DNA of 64,000 nucleotides from Selaginella moellendorffii (taxonomy: Eukaryota > Plantae > Lycopodiophyta). This document shows, piece by piece, positions 11,314 to 23,100 of this stretch. How positions within the stretch are numbered: the stretch's first letter is position 1; every line of letters begins with the position of its first letter. The notes below the pieces were generated by a model, which saw nothing but the letters and a program-made list of their open reading frames with translations, was not told the DNA's origin and made no database searches. The translations under genes and the position numbers were made by a program. Location: contig NW_003314339.1 in NCBI RefSeq assembly GCF_000143415.4, positions 613,751 through 677,750 of the forward strand, in the 5' to 3' direction.

Positions 11314-12653
11314 ATGTTTGCCAGTACCACGACTCCACATCGGCTTGTTCGAAGAGTGGCAACAACCAGTACTGGGCCGAATGTGAAGAGCAGGAAGCTG
11401 CTATGCGGGAAGAAGAGCGAGAAGATGATTGCCAGTACCACGGCTCCGCCCCCGCTTGTCCGAAGTGTGAAGAATGTAACAACGACAAGTACCGGACCGG
11501 GATTCAAAGTCAATGCATTGGGCTTGCTCCTGGGGACGTGTTTGCTCTTGCACCCAGCAAACCATGCTGGAGCTCTGGACATCGAGACTGCTCAAAAAAC
11601 ATGGAAATGTCTTCTGGGTGGATGCAGGTGCTGTTGTGTTCCCCTCCTCATTTGCTGGGTTCCACTGTTTATTTTGAATCCACCTGATCTCATAGTTGTG
11701 CATGTTCTTCAGATCCGAGCTGGTTCGATGCGTGAGAGATCCTTCATGCGCTGCCAATTTAGTTTGTCTGGAAACTTGCAGCCCAGGAGACTTGAATTGC
11801 CAGGTATTATTTGATTTAAAGTTGTTCTCTCATTTTGTATCGGAACATAGGTCAGATGCGGAGACATTTTCCAGAACAAGGTCGTAGAGGAATTCAACAC
11901 ATGCCTCCTGAGCAAAAAAAAGTGCATCCCTCAAAGTGCCAACGACGGCTCCTACCCGGTACCTCCAGACTGCGCTTTGGTGGAAAAGTTCAACACCCAA
12001 GACTTCACAGGCACATGGTATATTACCAGCGGTCTTAACCCCCTGTTCGATCTCTACGATTGCCAAGTCCATGAGTTCTCGGCCAGTCCCCACAAGCTCA
12101 CCGGAAAACTGACGTGGAGGGTGACCACCCCCGACGGCGGTTTCATCACACGCAACGCGATGCAAAATTTCGTGCAGAAGAATCCCAAACGCCCGGGTGT
12201 GCTGTCCAATCATGACAACGAGTACCTCAATTACAAAGACGATTGGTGAGTGTTTCGCAAGCTTCCAAAGCTTCGGTGTGTGTAGGTCCGGTGCGCGATT
12301 GCCAGCATAGCTGCGAATCCTATATGAAAAATTGACGGATTGATTGGTGCAGGTTCATCGTCTCCGCCCGGCTCAACAACCAACCGGATGACTACGTGTT
12401 CGTGTACTACAATGGGTCCAACGATGCATGGGACGGCTATGGTGGGGCCGTCGTCTACACACGAAGTTCAAGCCTCCCCAAGTCCAATTTCCCAGAGCTG
12501 CGGCTTGCTGCTGCTAAAGTCGGCTTGGATTTTGACAACTTCAAAATGACTGACAACAGTTGCGGTCCGCAGCCATCTTTGTTTGCTAGAGTCCACAAGA
12601 GATTGTTTGAAGGAGAGAGAGCTCTTGCTACAAACCGTAATAGTTCTAGCTAG
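11314..12653 (+). CDS. VDE: Violaxanthin de-epoxidase-like lipocalin (4 exons), lacking the Glu-rich C-terminal domain
   Basis: Cys-rich N-domain ([29 protein letters not shown]...[20 protein letters not shown]). Lipocalin core ([23 protein letters not shown]; [13 protein letters not shown]; [25 protein letters not shown]; TDNSCGP). Lumen-type signal ending in AGA. Confidence 0.92.
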
Positions 12654-14681
12654 TCATTTATCCTCTGTGTTTTTATAAAGATATGAGAACAAAATGTAGC
12701 TATGTATGCACTTGCTACCCTAGATCAGACATAAGCTCCAGGGAAAATTTTCTTGGAACTGAAAAAAAGCAAGCAAATGTATAACATATCTCTCTACTTT
12801 AGTAAGAACTTCTACGATCAATCGCACTGGCTGGCCATGGAGACTTTTGATATTTTGCCAGGAATTAAATCTCAAATTTCTACTCATAATATTTGAACCC
12901 AAGAGCCATATATATAAATGGGCATCCAGTAACTCATCCTAGATTAGTTTAAGGTTGAACTATATTAGTTTCTAAAGAAGTGTTCAATTAATTTCTATTG
13001 TCTTTATTAAGTTTTTCATAATTTTCTAATATTCATTTAATTGAATATCATGACCAAAATAGCATTATATAATGGATATTTTGAGAGGCTAACATTTAAA
13101 TATTTACAAATAATTGATATTTGACATATATAAGTATATATTTAATATGTATTAACTTCATACTGGCCATAATTCACAAAAAAATGGAGAGTGTTGCATT
13201 GAAGAATGCTTAGAGTTGTTATAAGCAAGCTTGGCAGAAGGAAGAAAAATAACCTAATCATCCTGTTGGTGAGAAATAAAATATTAAAAATACTACTCAA
13301 GAGTTTAAATAAGACATTTCAATTACCTATCAATTTAAGGATGATAAGAAGCTAACACTTATTTTGATATAAAGGAATTAAAGAAACTATTGTTAAATGG
13401 TGGAAAATAATTAAAGACCACAATCAATGATAATATTATATAGCAATCCATAAAGATGAAAAATCTCCTTTTAGATAAGTTTAATTGACTACTTTCCATA
13501 TATTATCTTCTGATAGGGCAAGAAATGTGCTATTTTGAAAAATCAATCAATTGTAATATTCAAGAACAATGTTAAAGACTTAAATGGTGGAAGATTGATG
13601 AGGAAATCAATAAAAATAAATTTCTAAAGCTCTGGAGTAAGAGGAATTTTAAAGAAGACTAGATAAAAAATGTGAAGGCATCTTGATTCATTAATACACA
13701 TAGCAAGTATAGATAAAATTTTCAATATACTTTTGCATATGAAACACTCATAACAATTTCTTGGTTCTAAGTAAAAGATTGGTATGTTAACCAAATTTGA
13801 TGGCATGTAATTTAAGTTAAATTTATTGATATTTCATTCCAACTTCTTATATAGAATTGATTGGATTAATTTTTTATTAGGATATTGTAAGTAATTAAAT
13901 TTTCCATTCCACTTTAATCACTTAACCATGCCTTATATCACTTAGAAGAATTTCACTCACAACTTCCATATATCCTCATTCTAACTTGGGGCACAAGAGG
14001 TGATATCAAAGTCATGCTAACTTTACATTTTATCTAAGTGCTCTACATATCTAGTTTTACTTTAGACACTTAAAGGTGCTAATGAAGTACCAGCCATTTA
14101 TTTATGATTATTATCATTGGCATTAGATGCAAAAGTTTGAGTGAATTGCTTTAGCAAATAAAACCTTGCAAAAATGAAAGCACATGATACAAACATAGTA
14201 ATTCTAGGATATTAAAAAATATATATAAAAACTCCTGCACTAAAACTATATTTATCTTTATTGATAGTCTAAAACCATATATACCATGGTTTTGTTTTTC
14301 CAAAATTAAATAATCTATCCATGAGTGGTAATTTTATGACTACATCTTAGCATCTTTAAGATGCCCCAAAACATAAAGAAATACCATCCTTTACTATCTT
14401 TGTTTTTATTCAAGTCTCTCTTTTGTATACATTAATTCTTGCTAAAACCATCATTAGGTTAGGGCCTAAAAACCTATCTACTAAATTTCATTAACTTTTG
14501 AAACTTCTTTACCATGTGACTATACCTTTGATTATTAAACAAAAGGATTGTTCCTCTTTCTTTTTATAATTAAGGATTTTAAAATGACATTTTAAAACAT
14601 TACAACCCAATATAAACATTATAAGTACTTTCCCCACCTTTCACCACTAGGGTGCCTTAACCCTATGGCTAGAGCAAGGTG

Positions 14682-15567
14682 TGAGACACAAAATCCCTAG
14701 TCCTCAAAGTGGAGCTGGAAGGGTGCCACGCGGTAGTGGCCGAAGTGAAAGCCAAATAAGCGTAACACATTTGGATTAAAAACTTTGACTTAAAAGGTCG
14801 AGAGCAGGAGTGGAACTTCCAATGAAGTGCTCAAAGAATAAGCACGGAGCAACAATAAGTGAGTCTCTAGAAAAGCGACTCGAGAAGGAGGACCCGAGAT
14901 GGAGTCTGAGATGGACCTGAGAGGGACCTGAGATGGAGTCCGAGATGGAGTCCGAGATGGAGTTTGAGATAGAGTTCGAGATGGACCCAAGATAGAGTCT
15001 GAGATGGAGTCCGAGATGGAGTCCGAGATGGAATTCGAGATGGACCCAAGATGGAATCTGAAATGGAGTCTAAGATGGAGTCCGAGATGGAGTTTGAGCT
15101 CGAGTCTGAATCCCAAGGACAGAAAGGGACTTGGTGGGGACCGGAACGGAGATATTGGGGAAGGTTATTCCCCATGTTTGTGGGCATCCTAAAGATGCTA
15201 AGGAGTGGATCTGGGATGACTACTCATGGACAAATGGCCCAGTCTTGGAGAGACAGGATTGCAATGCAAATGATGTTAGACCACCGATGTGACTAAGGTG
15301 AATGAGCGTGGCTTAACGTAACAGGCTCATATGTCAATGGTACCTTGGGGTGTTGGTCATGGGATCAGACACGTGGAGCATTTGGACCAAGTGCAAAAGT
15401 TGAGTGGTATAGATGCCATTCTCGGGGCTAACAAGCCCCAAGTCCTAAATGGGACTTATGGAGGTTGTGAATGAGATTCTGACCACTTGGAAGAATCTCA
15501 TTCACAACCTCCATAAGTCCCATTTAGGACTTGGGAGGTTGTGAATGAGATTCTTCCAAGTGGTCAG
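14682..15567 (+). mobile_element. Younger, internally deleted LTR-like copy nested antisense in the older element
   Basis: Starts TGAGACAC and is GC-richer than its flanks. Possible 5-bp TSD AGGTG at 14677-14681 and 15568-15572. Confidence 0.5.
14893..15098. repeat. 12-bp minisatellite (GAGATGGAGTCC)n, ~17 degenerate units
   Basis: Directly visible. Produces spurious EMES/SISD repeat ORFs. Confidence 0.9.
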
Positions 15568-15568
15568 A
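15437..15568. repeat. Perfect 44-bp inverted repeat (15437-15480/15492-15535) plus a third inverted arm (15534-15568)
   Basis: Arms are exact reverse complements around an 11-nt loop. 15534-15568 is the reverse complement of 15478-15512. Confidence 0.95.
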
Positions 15569-17709
15569 GGTGCGGTTAAATGACTAAAGTAGAATGGAAA
15601 AATTAATCACTTACACAAGGTTATACAAGATATCTTTTGAATTGGGAGCATTAATTATTTGATCTTCCGGAAGAGCTAGAACTAACTTTTAAATACTTCA
15701 CTATATCACCCCATTTGTCCATTAATATATTTGAACTCCACAGTGTTTATATCATTACCTAATATATGGGTATAACCTTCTTTGATCACATTAGCCTTTC
15801 CTAACCATTTATTATCCTATAGGAACTTATTAAATTTTGGAAGATGATTGTTTTGGTCTTTTACCCTTAGATTTGGACTTAGTTTAGGACTTGGATTTAG
15901 GGATTTAGTCTTGGATTTGGTATCAAACTCAGTTTTAATACTTCCATGAGTTAATAATTCTTTTTTTGAGCTTTTGGTTTAAACATATTACACTAATTAA
16001 ACTTCTGCTTCAACCACTGTCATATGACACACATTTAGCTCCATTTTGGGACTTAGGGATTTTGGTGTTACATATATCTCTCTTTACTCTTTTTAAAAAG
16101 AGTGATCCTTTATATCTTTTTATCTAGCACTTCAGTAGCATTTTTAACAATATTGATTTGGAATATACTATTATTAATAATTTGCAATAATTATGTTAAA
16201 ACTTTAAATTTACATTTATTTATGTTCCAAATGGTTGCCATCAATATTTTGTGGGATGATACAACTCTTAAAGAAGCCTTCATGATAATATTAAAGATTT
16301 TATACATTTTCACTTAGATTCAATATTTCTTACAACAATTATTAATCTTGTATAAACAACTAAAGAGAAAGGCTTGAGAAATAATCTATTATGATTAAAA
16401 TATTTGAATTCTTTTTTTCAAGGATGTTAAAATATATAAAGCTAAATGTCTTTTAACTTAGATACCTAGGCTGTTCATGGAAAATGTCTAAGCTAAATGA
16501 TTTCCCAGGAAGTTTAAACTCAAAATTTTATATTTTATTGTTTATTGTCACAATTGTTTTCAAGAATATTAATTTATTATCATCAAATCAATAGTTCCAA
16601 TGGTGATTGGAGCCACCCATCAATAGCACTATGATAATCATTTTTAAGAATATCGATTTTCTATTAAATCAATAGTTCCAATGAAGATTGGATGCACCCA
16701 TCAATAATGTCTTTTAAAGAAGAAGAAAAAATCTGATATGGGTTCATGTTAATCTCATGATTTAATATGGGCATAAGTCTATATTAATCTTGAATACCCA
16801 ATAGTTTCAATCTCCATTAGAACTATTAAGACTAAAGAGAAAATTTTGAAAAATGGTTTATTAGAGTTAAATTACATAATTTTTTTTCAATTGGTTAAAG
16901 ATCTTAAAATATATGGAGTTGTATAACTTTCCATATTAAGACAATCCCAAGGGGTGTTTTTAGAGAGTGGGGAAAATTGTGGCTTGGACCATCAAATGTC
17001 AATCTTAATTTATAATGCAGAGTCGATATTAAATATAAATTTTATATATCCGAAAACCTTTCATCACTTGAAAAGAAGAGTACACTTTTGTTCATGGGCA
17101 TTGTTTTATATATATTTTATTTCTAATGGATTATTTATTAAGTCATTTTCTTTGGTTGTTTATAAATCATTTTCAAAAATGTTACTTTGTTATCAAACCA
17201 AAAATTTTAATGGAAATTGGAACCACTTATTGATAATGTCTTTTTGAAAAAAGAAGAAATCTAAGCATGGGTCCATATTAACCTTGTAATCTAATTTAAT
17301 ATGGGCTTGGGTCCATGTTAATCCTGAATACTTATCTATGTGGCTAGGTCCACCATGGATTTTCAAATGAAAAATGAACAATTCTGGATATTTTATAATA
17401 ATATACTACCACTCACATATGCTATATGTGAGTGGTTCAGAGTTACTGTGTAGAAAAAGAAAAGGAGAAAGAAGAAATATGTATAAATCTAATCTTTGTC
17501 CAAAGAAAAATGAAAAAGGGCAAAATAAGCTGAGACTTTCTCCAAGTGGGAGAATATTCTTTGGAAGCATTTACGTTCTTACTTTCAAAACGACAACAAA
17601 TCTGTGCTGTGAGTGAGAAACACTGCCACAGCAAGTTCAAGCCCCAGAATCATAATTGAACTTCAGAGTTTTCAATCGTTGCATTAAATCGCAGTAGCAC
17701 CAAGAAAGC

Positions 17710-18417
17710 GTGGATGATTCTTCCTCCACCGGACACATGGCAAGGCAGTACCTTTTTGGGGCATTTGGGAAATCAGTGACAGTATTCGATGGAGCACCAT
17801 GGCACCAATGCTGTGTCCTGGAGGGTCAGCTCTACGTCAGGGGTGGCAACCATAAGGGTGAGGAACCAAACGTCGAGGTATACAATCCAATGGAGGATCT
17901 GGGATCCTCTCCCATCGTCACCATCACTGGAGGCCATAGCTGTTCCCATGGCCCTCGTTGTCGATCGCAACAAGATGGTTGTGAGCTTGAGTGATGGTGT
18001 AGGAGCAACTCCACACAAGATCATTCCTGGGAAGTGGCAGACATCCCTGGATTGCAAGGGCGCCGCTGCTTTGTGCACTCCAACCGGATCTACAAAGCCG
18101 ACAAGGCCGAATCGTTGTTGCGAAGATACGAACGTGCCAAGAACGCTCCAGCTGACGAACGCTTCTTCCAGCGATGACAAGATTTTGTTCCGTGTTGTGA
18201 GTTGCTAGAAGAACATCTGGGCAATTTCGAAGAATTCCAAAGTTGTGACAGTGATCCAACCGTCGAGGGTTGCTTGGAAGCCAAGGCCGTGGTGATTTAT
18301 AAGCTCAGCGTGCCTTTCAGCAGCGATCTAATAGTCTTAGACGTAGAGGTTTTCAAGCTTGATGGAAAGATATCTACAAGGCTGATGAAGGCATTTTGTC
18401 TAAATTCATCTAACTAA
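17710..18417 (+). pseudogene. Kelch-repeat (F-box/kelch-like) gene remnant
   Basis: CCVLEGQLYVRGG...VEVYNP is a kelch consensus. The frame is broken. Confidence 0.5.
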
Positions 18418-18456
18418 AACTGTCACAAAGCTAAAACAAAGGTGGTCGTTTTGGTA

Positions 18457-20138
18457 TTACTTTTCTAAGGTGTTCGACAGCCACCCAGCAAAAGGTGAAT
18501 TTAGATGAAGGAGAATCTCTTTGGCTTCCAAATATGTTAGTGCTAACTTCTGCAAGAAAAGAAAAAAGAAAAAGAGAAAGTTAAGAAGCTGTGAGTCAGA
18601 AGACTAGGATGCTTTACTTTGCACTCCAAGTAGTTGCTGCAAGCCAAGCCAGGGAAGAAATGCGTCAACAGGTGTCTAAATGATCTCCCCAATGACTTCC
18701 TGAGGAAAGAAAACGAAAGTTTTTCAGTATGGAGTGATCTTCTTCTTTGTCTAACCTGTTGAGCTTTGATTCTGTAGCTGGTAACAACGCTCCTTTGCCC
18801 GCAGCACCTTGCTTCCTTCCCGTTGTTCCAATGACAACCTCGTGGGAGCCGGACGAGTCCCAGCTGATTGAATATCTAAACAGGGAACGATAGCATCACA
18901 TATGCTGCCTCGGAGTGAAAGCCAAACCCGCAGGCCAATCCACTTGGATAGAGCATGTAATCCTCCGGAGGTGTTGGTGCCAGCCAAATCACTGGCTGCA
19001 TACGAGGATTACAAAAGCATTTCACAAAGTCTTACCTGGTTGAGTCTGTAAGGAGCTTCTAGATTCCGTGCCACTGAGCACAGCCGGCCGAAAGTAGCTC
19101 TTTGCAGGGCCTCTATGCACGCCAGGTCGGAAACCAGTGGCGATGCTTTCGTGCTCCTAGCAACAGTAATCGTCGAGATGTATACTGGTTCGTTGAGGAA
19201 CAAGGACAAGAGAGCTCCTACAAACAGTGTTTGATCCAGGAGCCATAGGGATGGAGGAAATCCAGACTCACCTTGAACTCCCAAAACATTCCATCTTGCG
19301 ATCTTGTCGCTACAACTCATAGAAAAAGTGGCATCTCCCCGGCCAGGCTTTCGCCTAAGCATGCCCGTTGTCTGCAGGCTTTGTTCCGAGTGAACTTGTG
19401 TAGACACCAGCTTTGCCCCCGTCGTGCAGCAAAATTCACTGTGATCGTCTTCTCCGGCGCCAGGATCAACTCCTAAGATGCATGCGTCTCCACCTATCAA
19501 GTAGAAAGAACCGGATGATCAAAGATCTATAGTATGGAAGAACCAGATGATCAAAGAAATAGAATGGAAGAACCGGATGATCAAAGAGATAGAGTGGAAG
19601 AACCAGATGATCAAAGAGATAGTGGATGATCAAAGAGATAGTAAGACTTACAAGGTGACTGGCTGATGTAGAGATGGAGTCGAATCTCTGGACGCATACG
19701 CAGTCTGCCATTATCATCCCTCTTGAAAAACTTGGAACGAGAATCTTGCCCCTCATCTACAAAAGACCCGATGTCCGTGTATAAAAGCCTGCATTGCGCG
19801 TGATAATATATATGAAGAACAACGGGATAACTTACTTGAGCAGTGTTCTCCTAGCGATCACTTCGGCATGGCAATCGTTGATTGTGTCGCCAGCAAGGCT
19901 GCGTTGAGAGCCTCCCAGGCATTTGGTCCCAGTTCCCAATGCAATCACTCGCAAAGAAGCTGAATCGAATCGTTGGAACAATCGTGTAAACCATCTAATC
20001 TATACCTATTGACGAATCGCAATCGGAGACTAAGAATGCTCCGAGAACTGTGTATTCACCGCCCTGTGGCTTCCCTTTCTTTGGCAAGCACTTGTAGCGC
20101 TCCAGCACTGCCTTGGACACACACTCCCCCCAGTCCAT
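18457..20138 (-). CDS. TAD1: tRNA-specific adenosine deaminase 1 (ADAT1/TAD1), multi-exon
   Basis: [13 protein letters not shown]; ALGTGTKC; [12 protein letters not shown]; [13 protein letters not shown]; [25 protein letters not shown]. Confidence 0.92.
19505..19640. repeat. 30-bp minisatellite inside a TAD1 intron
   Basis: ~4.5 copies of gaagaacc(g/a)gatgatcaaagagatagagtg. Confidence 0.9.
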
Positions 20139-20187
20139 GTCCTTATAAACCCTAATATTTTGTTTCTCCAATTTTAGGACTAGGGCT

Positions 20188-23100
20188 ATGGAGCAAGGTA
20201 TGGCGCGCGTAAAAATTTTCGATGATCTTAGTGACAGTGATGGAATCCATGTAGTGTACGCATGGGGGAGGGGCGATTTTGGTCAGCTTGGTGTGGGCGA
20301 GCTCCCTCGCCAGTGCAGCACTTTCGTTTGGATCAGCAGCCTCGCTCACAAGGACGTGGTACACATTGCCGCCAGTGATTATCATACGGCATTTCTAACA
20401 GGTGAGAGTGAGTGATTCGAGCGATCCTTCCTTCCTTTCTCGCGATTGTTTCCACTAAAAACTTTGTTTCTAGACGAAGGGGAACTCTACACAACTGGCT
20501 CGAACGATTCCGGACAGCTTGGAACGAAATCTTCCGGGTGTGAATTCTCTCCCGTGAGAGTTTCAATGCTAGATACTTCACTTGTTTCTCACGTTGCGAC
20601 GGGCCAGGGTCACACCGTCGCTGTGACTGGTATCTTTTTCTTTCCCCTCGTGTTCCTTCTAGCTTAAACTTTGAGTTTCAGACACTGGCTCGCTAGTTTC
20701 CTGGGGATGTGGCGAGTTTGGCCAGCTCGGTCTCAAGGATGCGGCTGGAGTTTTTACCAGCCCGCTGCCTCGCTTCCTTCGCGGTTCTCGCGAACTCCTG
20801 TTCGTCCGTGTTGCTTGTGGTTCTAGCCATACACTCGCTCTCACAGGTAAATCGCTCAAGGTTGATGAGATTCATACCTCTGTGCATGGTTCCAGGCAGC
20901 GGGGACGTTTACTCATTCGGACAAGGCACTTTTGGTGCTCTCGGTCACGGAACCACGGAAAGCTGCAGCTCGCCGGTGATTGTTGACAGCCTTTGGGGCT
21001 TGGGAATCGTCCAGGTATTTGTCTGTGTTATCTATACAGAAAACTAGAATCCCGTGGATCTGTGCATTGGAGATTGCCTGCGGTGACAATCACAGCTGCG
21101 CTTTGACAGTTGAGGGTCAGGTATGTTCTACTCTCGAACTTCATCGAAGGCAAAAAGTTTGTAATTGATAAGTTTGCAGCTCTTTAGTTGGGGACGAGGA
21201 AAGTATGGGCAGCTTGGCTGTGGAAGCGTTGAAAACCATTTGCAGCCGGTGCCTGTCACGGCTCTCAGTGATCGTCTGCTTACTCAGGTTGTCTGTGGTG
21301 CGGACTATACCATGGCCATTGATTCAGATGGGCAGCTTTTTTCAGTGAGTTTTAGTTTTTTGCATACATGAACTAGGATGAGCTTACGAGTTTGCTTGCT
21401 GCAGTGGGGGCATGGTCACTGGGGTCAGACAGGCCATGGCACTCAAGATAACATCCTTGTTCCAAAGCTGGTTTGCTCGCTTGAAAATGACAATATTGTC
21501 CAGGCAAGTGCGGGAGCTCGTCATGCTGTAGCCTTAACATCAGGAGGTGGCGTTTATGCGTGGGGTGACAATGAGCAAGGACAAGTTTTACCTGGAGGGA
21601 GGTAACTAAAAGAACTCAGCAATGCCTGTGGCCATTTGAACCATATTTCCTTTTCAGTTCGATCGTGCAGCTCACACCATTGTTGCTAAACTTGTCGCAA
21701 ATAAGTTCCAAGCAAGTGGTTTATGTGGTGGCAGGGGGAGAACATACGCTTGTAGCGTTTGACTGCGATGAAAAGCAATTGTCGACACTGATTGAGTAAG
21801 CTTCAAGTGCTTTCAACTACAAACGTTACGTTTTGTTTCACAGCCTACAAGGAGATGAAAAGAAGATGCATAAACTTGATAAACACGGAGCAGGATTGCG
21901 GGCGTTAAAACTTCCTTGCCTCCATATTTTGTTTCAAGTGAGCTTTTCTTCTACTTGGGCCTTCAATTTTTTTGCGTTTGAAACAGGAAACAAGAAACAA
22001 AGCCGCATTGCTGCATAGTTTGGAAAGTGTATTTTCCTCGCCCAAGTTCTTAATCATGTCTTTCAAGTCCCACTCGGCATGCTGGTGTGGAACGAGAGAA
22101 GATGATTCGTTTTCTCCTGATGGTAATGTCTTATGCTTTGTAGTTCATTCTTACTCATTAAATTCTTGTTCTTTATTTAAAAGCACCGGAAACTGAACTT
22201 AACATTAGCTACATACAAAATGTTTATCACAAAATATTGGAACTCTACGACCCGGATGTAAATGCATCTTTCTGTCAAGTATGTGCTAATGTTTTCTTTT
22301 ACGGATTGCAGGTTGTTCAAAGACTCGGGGCCTCTATTATTCGATTACTTGATTCCATCGAAAAGCACATCGATAATGCGGCGGAATCCAGGTGGCTGCG
22401 GGTACGCTACTTTCATCTCAATTTAATAGAACTAACTCTGCCAACTAACAGGCTTTGCTGATCATTCTACAATGTCCCCTCGTAGGAGAGAAAGGGTCCT
22501 GTAACTTAAGTTCATAATTTTCCTGCTAAATGTGTCCCGCATTACAGACTTGGCGATATTATATCTGTAAAGCTTTTTACTTTGTTTACTCAGGTATCCT
22601 CGTCCGGAGAACGGGTACGTCTTTCTTTTTCTATGTCGGAAGTTTTTTTTAATGTCCTTTGCTTCAGATAATGGAGGAATACTTAAAAGGATATCCGAAA
22701 GAAGTTTTTGGTGGTCGATTTGTCCGAGGAGTTCAAAACTTCATTGTAAATAGGTGCTTTCAAATAGTTTTTGCTTCTTCTTTTGAATGCTTTTTTTTTT
22801 GTTAAAACCAGAAACGATTTGTTAAACGGAAGAGGTCCCGTTCCTGTTGATATCTCTGCAGCTTTGAAGGTTTCCAGTAATTATTATTATTTGTTTAGTG
22901 TTTCTGATATGGAAATTCCAGGTTTTGTCGATACTTCATACTGTGAACGAAAAGGAGAAACTTGTACATTTAAGTGAATTTTATAACTCTGCTGTTAGCC
23001 AGGACGCTGACCTTCAGGTAACTCTTTGGGCATTGAATGCCGCACAAGAAAAATCCTTTGGGTGGCAGTATTGTGCTCTATATGCGAGCTTTAACCATTC

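Larger units (their letters stand above)
13600..16070 (-). mobile_element. Old, AT-eroded LTR-like repeat (starts TGTAACAC at ~16070), interrupted by a younger relative
   Basis: The reverse complement of 15960-16070 aligns with 14682-14790, and that of 14250-14430 aligns with 15120-15290. The left boundary is uncertain. Confidence 0.5.

Noticed and set aside
14790-15296. EMES/SISD repeat proteins, or a CRISPR-like array
   Set aside because: These ORFs are by-products of a 12-bp minisatellite. There are no unique spacers and the context is eukaryotic.
16320-17340. Degenerate ~80-bp and ~500-bp repeats in AT-rich DNA as a MITE or satellite
   Set aside because: Similarity is visible but too eroded to define boundaries or class.
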